Source of the DNA: the human T2T-CHM13v2.0 reference genome, Homo sapiens
Assembly (NCBI RefSeq): GCF_009914755.1
Contig: NC_060926.1
Length of the DNA: 64,000 bases
Strand: one strand, 5' to 3'
In this document: piece after piece, positions 14,226 to 27,838 of the stretch
Position numbering within the stretch: the stretch's first letter is position 1
Layout: each line of letters opens with the position of its first letter
Notes under the pieces: generated by a model
Seen by the model: the letters and a program-made list of their open reading frames with translations, nothing else
Told to the model about the DNA's origin: nothing
The model's database searches: none
Program-made: the position numbers and the translations under genes

Positions 14226-14929
14226 TTATCCTGACATCCAGTTCTTCCTATATAGACCTTTGTTCATTTGCATACACATATGTATTTACTACACTAAAAT
14301 TCTTCTTATGCTTTATTTGATAGTTTTCTTAATATGTTGTTATAAAACTATATCTGATTGATCAAAGGAAAGCAGTTCCCTCTCTCTCCCTCTATTTCTC
14401 TTTGAAATGTTGAATACTTGTCAATCATATCAAACCAGGGTCAGAGGAAATTTGATGGAATGGTAGAGGCAGCCCAAGGAAGTCTGCCTACCAAGAGCTT
14501 CCTGGAAGTCTGTGCTTGGTCTGCTGGTGCAGAACCTGTACAGTCCATTCTATTTTCTCATCCCAGACAGCTCTGATGCTCTGCAAATCTAAAACACGTC
14601 CACCAGCTGGTCTCCATTTTATGTCTTCTCCTTTATTTATTTGCTGTTGGCAGTGGATAAACCAGAGATTGTGTCATTTCAAACTTCAGTTTGTGCCAAC
14701 CCCTCTCAGCCTGGAGATGATTTTTCCCAACATGACCTTGTAATCTTTCATCATATCCTTCTTCCTCTAACTCACTCTATGTTTAGCACATGGACCCAGC
14801 AAGGAAAGGGTCTTGGTTCATCCAGAGCACAGATGGGAGTTCTTTTGTGTCACCTGCCAGACAATAGATTCAGACTTTATACTCACTATCTCACTCTGGT
14901 TCATGTTCATTATTTTGGAGTATACCCAA

Positions 14930-15400
14930 CAGGACTGTCTTGGTTACAAAGGACAAAAAAGTCACCTTTAAGGTAACATTAGGTTTAAAAAAAAAAGATT
15001 TAAGACATTATATAATAATTCTAAAAACTAGGAGAAATTCTGGCTTTAGGCATGGCTAGACTCTGGAGTTCAAATTTATGTGGACTCAGTCTCTTACTCA
15101 CTCTCCCTTTTGTTGGCTTAACTCTCGGAGGGATCCTCTTCTTAGGATGGCCCCAAGCACCTTCAGTCTTACACCCTCCTGGGTTCATGTGCAGCTCAGT
15201 CTGATTATTACTGACCAGAGTGGAGTTTTGTGCCTTCTCCTGAGACAATCACTGTGGCCAAAGAGAGGAAATATGTTCATGGCAAAAGCTTGGGTTACAC
15301 GTCTCCTTCAGGTGCTGGAGTGTGCCCAATCTCAGTGTACACTGAGGTTAAGGGAGGTGATTCCTCCCAGGAAACCAAAGCTATGGCTACCAGAACAAGG
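14930..15400 (-). mobile_element. Old MaLR LTR (MLT1K/J-like)
   Basis: GACTGTCTTGGTTACAAAGGACA, GGCTTTAGGCATGGCTAGA and ACAATCACTGTGGCCAAAG motifs. Confidence 0.55.
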
Positions 15401-17732
15401 AAAAGGTGACTCTGGCCAGCCAGAACACCAGAGGTCCACCGCATGAGTACATTGCCTGACCATGCATGTGCTTGACTCATTTCTTTTTCAAGATTATACT
15501 TTGAGAATATCAGTCTCATATGTTTTCCTCTTGGTTTTCCAGTTGTGTCATTATCTCTGATTCTAACTCCCAGGCAATGAAGGAGTTCTCATCTTTTCAG
15601 TTCTTCAGCTTGTACTTTCAAAAATCAGAGATGGCTTCTGTTATTTCAATCTGTAAATCAATAGAAAAAAATCACCATTGTACAAGTTTCAACTGTTTCT
15701 CCAATCCAGCACGCACATGGCGATGACTGCAGGGTGTTTACAGTTATAAACACAATATAACATTGTATATGAGGCAAAGAGCATATTTTGCAGTTCAATT
15801 TCATAAACTGTTTTCTAGTTTATCAATTCATTTATTCTGTTTTCATCACAAGAGTTTTAACATTTAAACCCTGGGAAAAAAAAGCAGGCAGTCCGCATCT
15901 TAAAACTAACAAGTTTGGTAAACACAAAAAGAAAAAGCAATCGTTTTCATTTGCAATTGTCTAAACAGTCCACAGATGCACATGAGCTATTGCCAAGTAT
16001 ATTTGTTTATTTACTTGATTTATAACATGGGCTCAATGCATAAAAACATCATAGCATACATACAATAAAATATGTGCGTGCATGAATCTGTTGGCTCACA
16101 ATATTATGTTTCTTTCTGTACTTCAGAATTCCCTTGGCACGTCTTTGACGCTCAATGTATGTTCACTAATAGTGACTCTTCCTGCAATTTCACATAAACA
16201 CCAAACAAAAAGAGTAACTGGGAGAGAGAGAAAAAAATATATATATATATGTATATACCTGTATCTTTACAGTCATTGTACTTTTCTGGATCCTTCTCAA
16301 AAAGCCAAATGGAAGTGAGTAGGTCTGGCATTTCTTCCTTTCCTCTCAAGAGATATAATGTGTTCATAAGACCTTATAACGTGATGAGATTCTAGGAATA
16401 CTTTCTGTTACTCTGATTTTTTTATTTTTCTAATCAAATATTAACTTTCTATTTCCAGAAGTTGAACTTAAACCAGATTTTTCTTCTTTTTAATGAGGGA
16501 TCCTTTACAGACCCACAGACACGATAAAGCATGAGCATGTTTTAATGCCACCCTCTTCCTTCCCATGACCCAGTGGAGAAGAAAATGGAGAATGTGTATG
16601 TATTTAAAGAAAAATGTAAAGTATTTCTCACCATACAGGCAGGGTATAGAGCATTCTAATTAGTCACTCCAACTAGTTGGATGTCCCCAAGACACTGAGC
16701 CCGTCCTTTTGTGTTCTAGGATGAAAAGATAGTTTGGATCTCAGACGGCACCATGGTAGCAGCCATGCATGTCTTGTTGCTTCATGCCATCCCAGAGATA
16801 CCAGCAGTTCCTCTTTTCCAGCTGGATATAGCTCCAACTTACAGAGTGACCAGTCTTTCAGAGGTTAGGCTGCCTAAGTGCAAATAGGTATCAAACCCCT
16901 TTGCAAAACAGAGCTAAAACCTAATCGCTTTCATACATTTCAAACATCCTACGGTGCATTGCCATATTAAAATTAGGTTGTGTCAGCCAGTTTTATATTT
17001 AAGGCCCATGAGATTCAACTAATTTAGAATTCAATCTTGTAACTAAGGAAAAAGACTCATTACAAATAGCCTTTCTTGGCAGCTTTATGTCTCATAAAGA
17101 GGATTGTTTTTACCAAGATAGTCTCCTAGGCTGAAACAAAGGGGTCACTGTTCCAAATGTTGGTCTCTACCCCAATTCTTTGATTTGATTTCCTCAGCTA
17201 CAACACTGATACGGGCAGTACTCACTACCAAATGTATTCAACCTCTCAGGAATGCTCTGACAACCAATGAAACAATGCCCTAGGTTCTCTGAATTCTTTG
17301 GCACTTCCCTGAAAAGCACCCAGAAAAGAAGCAATGTCTGAACAGATGTAAATTTCACATATCCTTTCTTTAATTAAATGGACAAGTGTAAAAGGCTCAG
17401 AAATTAGGAGTATGGACAAAAACAGCATCCACTAATCTTTGGGGGATGTTTCTAAGCAACCAGCATTGTGTGATACAGAGATCATTACATCTGTTCCATT
17501 AGTATGCCTTGTGTTCCCAAGGGGTTCCGAAACCTCACAACATTCCAAACATTTTATAAAGAATCTTCCTTTTGCCTTATTAATAGGAACTGAGGACATA
17601 ATAGAAGCAGAGACATTGCTGGTGCAAATTATGTGAAAATGGAAATCTTACACATTTTAGGCTTAGCCAACAAATTGATTTGTGATGCAAATGCTATTGT
17701 CCAATGTCTCTCACATCCCTGGACTCTCTAAA

Positions 17733-17767
17733 TGTGTATGTGTGTGTGTGCGTGTGTGTGTGTGTGT
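17733..17767. repeat. (TG)n microsatellite, interrupted
   Basis: Read directly. Confidence 0.9.
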
Positions 17768-18934
17768 TTTAATTTCAGTCTGGCATTAGAATTCTCTTAG
17801 TTTATGGCCATAAACTACCATCATCCATTCCATGTGGATATTATTTCCTGCCAAGTAGCACAGGCTGTCACAACTACCACACTGACCAGGGGATTCCCCA
17901 AGTGGCCTCTGGATGCCTTCATTTAAGTAGCTGAAATTTATGAGTTCTGGCCTTAGAATAAGAATTTCTATTACGAGGTCCAGACTGTTTTTGGCTGAAA
18001 TTTTGATTTCCTGTGATTTCTTGTGGAATGTAGGCAGCTGTCAGTCTTGTTCATGAGAGGAGGTCTAATGAGTCCAGAAATTATTTGTATTTCATTGTTT
18101 GGGGATCTGATTTACTTCTCCTGATGGGCCAACTGTCCAGTACCTGCAATAAGTAAATGCACATTCTCCCATTTCTCTGGAATACAGTCTGTCATAATTC
18201 TCTGGACTTTTAAAATAAGAGGCTAGCTGTCCACTGCTGGAGAGAACGTAAGCTGTGGAACAGGATGACCTTTTGAGCTCCTTTCCAACTCTGTCCCCAC
18301 ATTCTGATTTCCCTTCTGGAAAGCAGACATTAACATTTGACGAGGTTCCATGCTTCTTCACTTTCTCAGCTTTTGTATTTCAAACGTCTATTGATCGTGC
18401 AGTAGTTGCACATTATTCCTTTGTTCTTTACATCTTTATTGATGCAAAGCAGTGCCAGAAACTGCTTTTTAACAGTTATTCAATCCCTGATGCCCTTCAC
18501 GTATCAGATTTGGGATTTCATTTCTTAGAACTACTGGGCTGGCTACACAATTAATTGCTTCTTATTAATAAGCCATTAGATTCACCTGACCAGCCATCAA
18601 CAGCTGAAGAAAAGCACGCCTCCCCCTCCTTTGCCTATATCTCTTTCTCTTTTGATGTTGAAGCTGCTCTCCTGTGCAATGGGAGACTTGCTGGAGTGTC
18701 TGGAGGTCTCTGGCTCATTTAAAGTGACAGGCAATGTTATCCGCTGATACTAAACAGGTTTCTGTGGTCGTCGCTATGACCTTTATCCATTCACCCATCA
18801 GAGAGATCCCAGAAGGCCACTGACACTTCACTCTGGTTAATCACATGGCTCTTAAGGAAAGAGGTTGTATGTTTGTGTGTGTTTAAATTTCCATCCACTG
18901 GCATCAGCAGTCTGTGCTCAGGAGGAGGCATAAC

Positions 18935-19385
18935 ATGCAGGGTAGCAAGGCTAGGTCTGGAGAGAGAGAGATGTTGGTTTCAAATCCAGCTCCACCACTT
19001 ATCGGAAGACATCAAACACATTACTTCTCCTCTCCTAAGCCTCAATTTCTCCTCCTGGAAAATGGTGGTCATAGTACACCAACCCAGCTTGATTCTTTGC
19101 AAACGAAACAAGCCTGCATATAGAATATATTCCATAAGCATTTGCTAGAATTGCTCTCTTTAGCCTGCTGCCAATTGACTTATATTCAACAAGAGATCTG
19201 CATGGTGTAATGGGCCATGAATGGCCTTTGGCATCATCAAACAGACCTGGTTTGATCCCCAACTGTGCCATTTACTCTGTGACTTTATTTGCTGATCCTT
19301 ATTTCCCCTTCTCAGAGGGCGCGTATGAGGAAGAAAATGAGTTAATGAGTTGTGCCTGGCATGCAGCAGGCCCTCAGAAAACATG
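18935..19385 (+). mobile_element. Two adjacent MIR fragments (~18935-19075, ~19200-19385)
   Basis: GGTTTCAAATCCAGCTCCACCACTTA...CTAAGCCTCAATTTCTCC; ACAGACCTGGTTTGATCCCCAACTGTGCCATTTACT...GTGCCTGGCATGCAGCAGGCCCTCA. Confidence 0.65.
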
Positions 19386-19623
19386 GATCTCCTGACTAGA
19401 GACCATCAGGAGCCATTAGACTTTCCTCTCACCAGAACAGGGGGCTAGGGCCAGCCCCAGGTTGATTCTGATGACTATTTGAGGACTCACAGTATTATGT
19501 GAGCACAGGCCCCATCTGTGCTCCACGAAGGTGGACCTCTTGCCCTGGCTGTGGTCTCTCTGTAGGCTCTATATTCATGGTTCTGACACTCCCAGGCATG
19601 TAGTCCTCTTGGCCCTCCCATTT

Positions 19624-19973
19624 CAGGTCTAAATGATTTATCTAGATCCTTGGGGCCAGATATGTTTCAGAGTTCAGAATTTTCCATGTTTTAGAAAGAT
19701 CATTCAGAGCTGTCTGTATTTATGGTACCTAATACCCCCAGTGGACTCTGGGCAGCACTCCATAATCAAACACATTAATATTTCTTCAGTAAAATATATG
19801 ATTGCTTACCATAAAGTGGGATAATGGTAAATATCTTCACATCTTTTCAGGTCAGGTTTTGTCACCAAATATATTCCAATCAAGTCAGTATCAATGGCCA
19901 AATGAGTTTGGGAAAAATATTCAGTTTTCAGAGACTTTTCAATTTGGGGATTGCTGATTGGGGTTGTGGACAC
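19624..19973 (-). mobile_element. MER46C (TcMar-Tigger)
   Basis: CCTTGGGGCCAGATATGTTTCAGAGTTCAGAAT...GGGCAGCACTCCATAATCAAACACATTAATATTTC...CAGGTCAGGTTTTG match the reverse complement of the recalled consensus. Confidence 0.8.
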
Positions 19974-20819
19974 ATAGAAACCCTGGAGCTAGAATTGACT
20001 CCTCAGACCTTGTTTGTTTTTGTCCCGCTGATGTACAAGCCATTTCCAAGTATTCCATTCTCCTCCGCTATAGATAGCCTTTCTTGTCTGTGCCAAACTA
20101 TAGAATTCTCATTTTAAAGCCTTTTCTTGAGGACCCTTTTTTTGGTAGATACATTCCATTTATCCAATTCACCACCTCTATCTTTTATTCCTTTCCCCAC
20201 CAACTCTGATCTTGAATATTCTGCATAGGTTTATGTGGTTGGCCTTGAATAAAAGAATGGTTTCTTGATTTGCCCTTAATGTGTGCATTTGCTTTTTTTC
20301 TTTTTTTATATCAGCCCACAGAGCAGGGATCCTGTTATTAGATTCCTTATTAACTCGCTACCCACAACCAGGGACTTCCATGGATTGTATGCATGCTAAT
20401 GGGAGGAGAACCAAGCACACTAGACAGAAAAACCCAACGGAGGCTTCAGTCACTACCATGGCCACAGGCTGCAGTCCTAACCTATTTATGTTCAACCTTC
20501 TTACAAAAGGGACTGAGTAAAAGGCAGTGAACAAATTAGTGTTCACCTCTATCTTTGTTGCCATAAAAGCAACTTAAACTCGTTTCATCAAACATGAACA
20601 TCATCTTAAAACAATAAAGAACTGAAAACTGTGCCCCAGACAGTGTTACTCTTGATGGTAACAGTGATCTTTATATAAAGGACTGTTCTATGAGGAATAT
20701 CTGATCTTGACTAATAAATAATAGTGACTGACAAGAGGAGTCTTTGGCAAGGTAAACGGGGAGCTGCTTATACTTGCTGGCTCTATTTCTCACACACCAG
20801 TCACTACAATTCAGCTTAA

Positions 20820-21495
20820 TTTGTCTTCCCTCATCAGTGCAAACAGTTCTCCCAGAGTCACCAGTGGCCTGCAATGACTGGATTTAAGGGCTATTTTTCA
20901 GTCCATTTTACTTAAACTCTCAGAAGTATCTTATGCCACAGCCAGCCCCTCCTACGTGAAATACTTTCTTCCTGTGATTTCTATAATCATGTGGAAACTT
21001 AGTTATCTCCTTCATCTTTTACCTCTTCTATTCATTCTCCTCAGCAAGTCATCCTTCAGTACCTAATCAAGATAAACTAGCATTCCATAAGACCTTCTTG
21101 CCTTTTCCCTCAGTGATCTTTCCCTAGGTGATCTTTCTATAGTCAGATGACTGACAAATTTATATTTCCTGCCCAGGTCGAGACTTTCCAACTCCAGACT
21201 TGTATACCCAGCCATCTCCTTCCTATCTCTTCATGGGGGTCAACAGATCCAAAATGGAACTCATGACCTCCCCTTCCAAACCTGGTCTTTTCTCTCTCTA
21301 GAAACAGCATCACTATTTGTTCTCTTTTGCAAGTCAGACACATAGGGGTCATCTGGAATCCTTCCGTCTCCTTCATTGCTGATATCCACCTCCCACCAGC
21401 TTCTGCTGGTTTTACTTCTTAGGCAGCTCTCTTGCCCACCACATCTCTTCATCTCTACCACCATAAACCTAGTCCAAGCTTCTATCACAACTCAC
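20820..21495 (+). mobile_element. L2 LINE fragment
   Basis: Degenerate RT-region sequence (TTCAGTCCATTTTACTTAAACTCTCAG; GATGACTGACAAATTTATAT; ACTCCAGACTTGTATACCCAGC; TCCAAAATGGAACTC). Confidence 0.75.
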
Positions 21496-22209
21496 CAAAA
21501 ATTGTAGTCCCCTCACTGTGGAAGGAGGAAAGAGTGGAAATTGGAAGAAAACAAAGTCTCTGTTACAATACCTGTAGGTTTATAACTGTTAGGATAAGTA
21601 TAATAATCAATAAAATATTATGTTTCTCAAATTTGCTTATTTTTGTTTGATACTAGACCATTTATGAGACCAAGGAAGGGTCTCATTTTCTCAATGCTTT
21701 TAGCAAAGGAGTTCCTAAGACCTATGTCTAACTGATCACTGTGATGACGGTGCCATGTCTGTGGGGAGAGGAACAGTGGGGCCTAAGTCACTCTAAAAGC
21801 CCCTTAAGTCCAGGGATGCAAGGAAAACTGGATATACTTGCTTCCTCTCCCTGGTTTCCTGAGTCCTGTATTGGCTCAGATTAGAGGATTTCCTTAGTTC
21901 CTGTATGATCTAGCCCTTATGTGGGACAAGGTTAGAAGCTCTCCTGTCCTGACACTCCCCTGACACGCGCTTAGCAATGGACATTGCCCCTGGAAGCAGA
22001 TTTGTAGGAGGATCCCAACTCAAGCCTGCATTAACCCACTTCAAAGGAGTCTGACTGGAATTGATCAGTTCTGGGTGGTTTTGTTCTTTATCCTCATTAC
22101 CTACTGAATTTGTTGTTTATGATAATATATCCTAAGTCTCATCTTAGAAAATAGTCTCAGACAGTTGCAAGATCAGCCTCATAAACAGAAACAATTGCAG
22201 TAACAATTC

Positions 22210-22950
22210 CAAACAGTGGTACTCACCTCCCAATTCTGCTTTTTTGTTAGTCTTTCCATTTCTGTGCATGTCACAAACGGACCCTAGTCGTTCATGCCAG
22301 AAACCAAGGAATCATCCTAACACCATCTTCTCTGTAACCACTTCTACCCATATTCATGAAACCATCAAGTCCTTTTGTTTCCATCTACCAAATACTCCTA
22401 GGGTCTTATGCTTCTCCCAAATTTCACAAGCACCACCCTAGTCAAAGCCATCATCCTTCTGTGACCTGCCTACAGCAATAAACACCTAGCTGGTATTTTG
22501 CATGAACTCTTCATCACCTCCATGTATTGTCTACACAGAAGACCTAGTGTCTTTAAAGACATGGGTTATAGTGTGTCCTTCCCCCTTTGCTCTCACTCCA
22601 CTCACTTATTTCAGTTCTTTCCACATGATCATCCTCTTTCCTGCCATGGGACCTTTGCAAATACTGTTTCCTCTCTCTAGAACTTTCTGTCCTTTTCATC
22701 ATCTGGCTAATTGTTCACTCACTTCTAAGGCTCCGGTTAAGTGTTATTTCCTTGGCCCCTCAAACTAAACTGAATCCTGTCATGCTCTTACAAATTTACC
22801 CGTTGATTTGTCAGCTTCACTTGTTTTACCTGATAAATATATAGTCATTTTTACAATTGTTTAATATCTGTCATCTCAACCAAAGTATGAGTTCCAAGAG
22901 GACAGGGACTGCATCTGAACCAACACAAGTGTGGACTGGCACTTGGTAAT
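22210..22950 (+). mobile_element. L2 LINE 3' fragment
   Basis: CCAGAAACCAAGGAATCATCCT...CACCCTAGTCAAAGCCATCATC...TGAGTTCCAAGAGGACAGGGACT. Confidence 0.72.
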
Positions 22951-22967
22951 GTCTTTGATGGAGGAGG

Positions 22968-23342
22968 AGCTCAGGCTGCCGTAACAAATTACCATAGACC
23001 GGGCAGCTTAAACAACAGGAATTTTTCTCACAATTCTAGAGGCTGGAAATTCCATATTAAAATCCAGCAGGGTCAGTTTCTAGAGGGCTCTCTTCCTAGC
23101 TTTCAAACAGCCACCTTCTTGCTATATTCTCATATGGCCTTTCCTTGGTACATGTGTGTGGAAAAAGAGAGAAAGATCTCTCCCTCTTCTTTAGGACACC
23201 ACTTCTATCATATTAGGGGCCCATTATGACTTCATATAACCTTAATTACCTCTTAAAAGCCCTATCTCCAAATACAGTCACATTGGGGGTTAAGGCTTCA
23301 ACCTATGAACTGGGGATGGGGGACACATTTCAGTCCATAGCA
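22968..23342 (-). mobile_element. MaLR solo LTR (MLT1A/A0-like)
   Basis: GGCTGCCGTAACAAATTACCATAGAC...CTTAAACAACAG...TCTCCAAATACAGTCACATTGGGGGTTAAGGCTTCAAC...TCAGTCCATAGCA. Confidence 0.88.
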
Positions 23343-23722
23343 GAGTCCAATAATATTTCTTAAAAATATGAATATAAAGCACAATCACTAATGAAAAATG
23401 ACTTGCCTTACATTGACAGTTGTCTATTGTAGTTGGGTTTCATGAATACGGAAGAATTAATTTATTGAAACTTTGTATTCAATCATAATTATCTTAATAA
23501 ACATTTTGTGTTTATTTTTAATTTTTCCTTTTCTGTCATCATTTCCCAGGTAATAGTGTGGTGTTGGCATCTGGATATGTATGTGGCAAAATAAAAGAGA
23601 AAACGTTTTTCAAAAGTTTATCAGAATTTAGGGGAAGTTTGAAAGTTAAGTTTCTTTGGCCACTTGAAGACAGTTTAATTCTAAAGTCCTTTTAATTCTG
23701 GTTGTGAACCTTACTTCCTCGT

Positions 23723-24162
23723 TGTGATGGCTAATTTTATGTGTCAACTTGACTGGGTTAAGGGGTGCCTGGGTAGCTGGTAAAACATTATTTCTGGGTA
23801 TGTCTGTGAGAGTGTTTCCAGAAGAGATTAGCATTTGAATCAGTAGACTGAGCAAAGAAGATTCACCCTTACCAATATGCGCTGGCATTGTCCCATCTCT
23901 TGAGGGCCCAGATAGAAGAAAAAGATGGAGGAAGGATGAATTCCCTCTCTCTCTTTGAGCTGAAACATCCATCTTCTCCTGCCCTTGGACATCAAACTCC
24001 TGGTTATGGGGCCTTCAAACTCACACAAGTGCCTCCCATTCCCCATCCCTCAGTGACATCTTAGGACTCAGAATTAATTACAGCACTGGCTTTCCTTGTT
24101 TTCCAGCTTGCAGATGGCATATCACGGGTCTTCTGGGTCTGCATAATTTCATGAGCCAATTC

Positions 24163-24232
<70 letters not shown>

Positions 24233-24282
24233 ATACATATATCCTACTGGTTTTGTTTCTCTAGAAAGCCCTACCTAATGCA
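23723..24282 (+). mobile_element. ERVL solo LTR (MLT2B-like)
   Basis: TGTGATGGCTAATTTTATGTGTCAACTTGACTGGG start, GAAGAGATTAGCATTTGAATCAGTAGACTGAG, end TCCTACTGGTTTTGTTTCTCTAGAAAGCCCTACCTAATGCA. Confidence 0.9.
24168..24231. repeat. (TA)n(CA)n microsatellite within MLT2
   Basis: Read directly. Confidence 0.97.
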
Positions 24283-25199
24283 CTAGGCAAATCATTGGTA
24301 GGGAAATAATCCTGGCTCATTGGAAGTGCAACAGAAATGATAAGTCTGACAGATCATCCCATTGTTCATGCTTAGTGTCTATCCTAAAAGAAATACAATA
24401 AGAACCTCCACAAAAACTTTGACTGTACTTTGATACTCGCATTTATTTTCCAGAGTGAATACTTCCTCTGGGTTTATTTCCAGAGGCTGCTTCTTTTTGG
24501 GGGGAGGGGGAGGGGCGGTGCAGGTGTAGGGGTAAAGGACATCTACTAATTGTGGCTTCATTCCAACTAAAGAAATTCCTCACATCTATTAATGACAAAC
24601 TGCAATACTGTTGCTGGACTAGAAAATTATCTGTTAGAGTCAGTACAGCTACCAGGGTTATTAAGGAGCACATTTGTTTTTTTTCCCCCTGAGTCAGTGC
24701 CCAAAAGACATTTTATGTAGCCTCAGCTATTTTGAGTACAGTTACACAACTGGCTTGAACTTATTTTGGCAAAATCTTAGTGTGTGTGTCATGGGCAATA
24801 AAAAATTCCTGGAAAATGTGTGTTTTCATACAAAGTACCATTACTTACACTTTCTGGAAATTAATTTCGTGTAAATCACAATGAATGTTTGATCTATAGT
24901 CTCATATAGCTAGTTGACTCTGACCAGAGACTAAGTGGCTATATGAAGAGAAGTTGGTCCAGAGAGATGTCTCAAGGGCTTGCCTGAGGTAGTAGTTGAA
25001 GCTGTGAGCCACAAAAGGCATGCCTGTCAAGGGCTGGCCTCACAGCCTAGTTTGCATTCCATCTTTTGGTGTAGTACTTTGTCAGAATGTAGCAAGTAGA
25101 GAAATTCTGTTGTGCATACATTTTATGGCTCTCAGTGGTTAGGATCTGAACTTGGTAGACATTTCACAGGGCACAAGATGGTAAAAGATCCATAAGGAG

Positions 25200-25460
25200 A
25201 GCCTGGGTGGTAAGGGTCAGAGCTCTGAGTTCTAGACCTATGTTTGCTGCTGAGTGACTTGGAGGTAGTCTGCCGCTTACAGGCTCTGCGACCGTGGGCA
25301 AGCCATTTGACCTCCTCTCTCTCTCTCCATTTTCTCATCTCTAATAGGAATAATATGAGTGCCTGCTTTGTAGCGTTGTTTGAAGATTAAATGAGTTGAT
25401 GCACAGAAAACACTGAGGATAATACCTGACGTGTAGTTGGCACTCGATGTTCGTTGCTTA
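25200..25460 (+). mobile_element. MIR
   Basis: GCGACCGTGGGCAAGCCATTTGACCTC...TTTCTCATCTCTAATAGG...GTTGTTTGAAGATTAAATGAG. Confidence 0.7.
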
Positions 25461-25839
25461 CCTCTTTTTCTGTTTTTTATTTTTTTAATTTATTACATGA
25501 TTATCCCACTAACTTGCCTCCAATGATTGTGGTTAAGTATAAACTACTAATCCTGCCCTGAGAAATGTCTCATTTGATGAGACAATGGTTAGAAATGGTC
25601 ATTTGATGCAATAGTTTATAATATAAGTGAGCAAGGAACTATTTTCAAATATGAAAACTTTTGGGCCATGTATTTCAACTCCTTCCTCCATTTTTTAAAA
25701 TTCTCCTCTAGATGCTTACAAGGGGGTTAGTACCCCTTGTTTAGGCTCTCTCCTCAAAACTCCCTTCCACTCCAACTCCCTAGTTTTCTTTAACTTTCTC
25801 CCCCTTAGGAAAGTGAAAGAATAAGAGCTCCAGCTAGAG

Positions 25840-26580
25840 ACGCTTGATTGAAATAGCACGGGCACACGGCAGCCTCCTCTGCAGGGCTTTGCCAGCGAGC
25901 CCCGCCCCGCCTGCAGATCCTGGGTATGCTACTGGGTACGGGAACCGAACCCTGACCGTGAGGCTCGGCATCGGGCCCTGGCTGTTCTGAAGATAAGGAC
26001 GATCTCCCTCCGGGGTCCAGGCAGCACTGCCCGTCTTGCTATCCTTGGAGTCTGTGCCAAGTACATCAGGAAAATCTCTTTTTCATTGTTTGATTTTCCA
26101 CGGGCTTTGAAAACGTTCCCATTTCATACAGCCAAGTCCAGAATTAAATTGGACTTCACTGATCTTTGCTGACAAAAAATTCCCATTCCACTTCCTGAGG
26201 CTCTTCCGCCTGGATTTGTTTATTGGCCTCATAGATGATGTTTCTGACGTGCGCCCAGAGCTCCTCACTCAGAGCCCCTTCACACACGAGCTGACCCTGC
26301 ACACTGCTTTGTGATATAAATTATTCATCTGATTTCTTCAGCACTAGGCAGGCATGGCCGAGGAGAGCCTCGCTTTCCCAACGTGGAGTCATTGACGTTT
26401 TTCTGTTTTCCCGCGAGGTGGTTAGGGAATGATTAAAATGGACTTGAAGAGTCAATTTCTGTTGGGATTGTGGCTCGGCAGTCAGCAATCTGCTAGGGTG
26501 GTCTGAGGGCCAGTCATTACGGAAACACTGCCAAAGCTGTGTCTTCATACTTCTCTCTTTCCTTCCTACCACCCTGCCGT
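25840..26580. promoter_or_regulatory. CpG-enriched non-repeat element, candidate promoter/enhancer
   Basis: About 26 CpG in 25840-26420 versus sparse CpG elsewhere; tandem GC box CCCCGCCCCGCC near 25900; TGACGT half-CRE near 26245 and 26393; TATAAA at 26315-26320. Confidence 0.55.
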
Positions 26581-26715
26581 ACCTAGAGAGGGAGAATGGC
26601 AATGATGTGAGCATTTTATGTTTAAAAACAACAGCAACAACAAACTCAACCCCCCAAATCCCCTGAGCTTGCTTTCAATTCCCCTCCCCCTCCTTATCGC
26701 CCACGCCACCATCAA

Positions 26716-26734
26716 CAGTGACACCTAGTGGTCA
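26716..26734 (-). promoter_or_regulatory. CTCF motif
   Basis: Reverse strand TGACCACTAGGTGTCACTG fits the CCASYAGRKGKCRS core. Confidence 0.6.
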
Positions 26735-27302
26735 AATATAAATTAGTCCCTTTATTCTGAATTGACTAGCTTTCTACAGAAAATAAAATTTCCTGTAGAA
26801 GCAAATAAAGACTGAGCTTTACTCCTTCCATGAACATAGAGAAAGATGGATTATTCATAATGAGAAGCTAAAATATATTACTTGGGAGAAGAGGCAAGTG
26901 CATTTTTTTTCTTAAGAACATATTGGAGCTTTGTATCTTAAAAAATAGTTTCTATAGACGAGTGCTTGGTTTTCCTTTCTTTAATGATGGCCACTTTAAT
27001 TTTATTATAATTTTAAAAGTTAACAGCTGTTCATCAATGTTTTAAGTTTCAACACCTATAATTGTTATGTTTAAAGTATTTAAAAATGTATGATAGTACA
27101 AATCAGTCATTTGCATAATCCGTCTCAAATTCTTGGAACCACATTTACTGGCAAAAAATGGTTTCCACTTTAGTGATGTAGTCTCCAGAAACAGGTGAAA
27201 ATTTTTATTTTAAGAATTTTTTTTTCGGTAAGTGAGGAAGCAAAAACATTTATATTTTTAATGAAATCTTTTAGTGGTTAAAAAAGAAAAACCTTGAATC
27301 TT

Positions 27303-27610
27303 CTTTTAATTTTTAAATAATTATAGAGTCACAAGAAATTACAAAATAGTACAGAAAAGCCCTGTGTACCCTTCACCCAGTTTCCCACAATGGTAACATC
27401 TTACATAACTGTGATACAACGTCAAAACCAGGAAATTGACATTGGTACAATTTGTGGAATTTATGTAGATTTCACCCGTTTACTTGTATGCATTTGTATG
27501 TGTGCATAGTTCTATGCAATTTATCACGTGTAGATGCATGAACCACCACTACAAACAAGGTAAAAAATTGGTTCATCGCCACAAAGATACCTTCTGCTAC
27601 CCCTTTATAA
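27303..27610 (-). mobile_element. L1M (L1MC/MD-like) 3' end
   Basis: AATTATAGAGTCACAAGAAATTACAAAATAGTACAG...CCCTTCACCCAGTTTCCC...AAAACCAGGAAATTGACATTGGTACAAT. Confidence 0.8.
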
Positions 27611-27838
27611 TATTGAAATATATGCTTGAGCCCAGGCACCTTGTCTGCGGCAGAAAGAAGGCATGTATATGTCATCATCGTCACACACATTTACTGAACT
27701 CTATGGGTCTGCCTTGTGTTAATTGCTTATGCAGTAGATACTACTTATTTTTTTAACAACTACATTAATTTAAAAGGACAACAGGGGAGAATTAATAAAA
27801 GAAGAATGATAACTCATCTAATGTCTTGCCCTTTAACA

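Noticed and set aside
26299-26310. GCACACTGCTTT identical to part of the L1 TSD at 50210
   Set aside because: A 12-mer match is expected by chance in 64 kb and does not extend meaningfully
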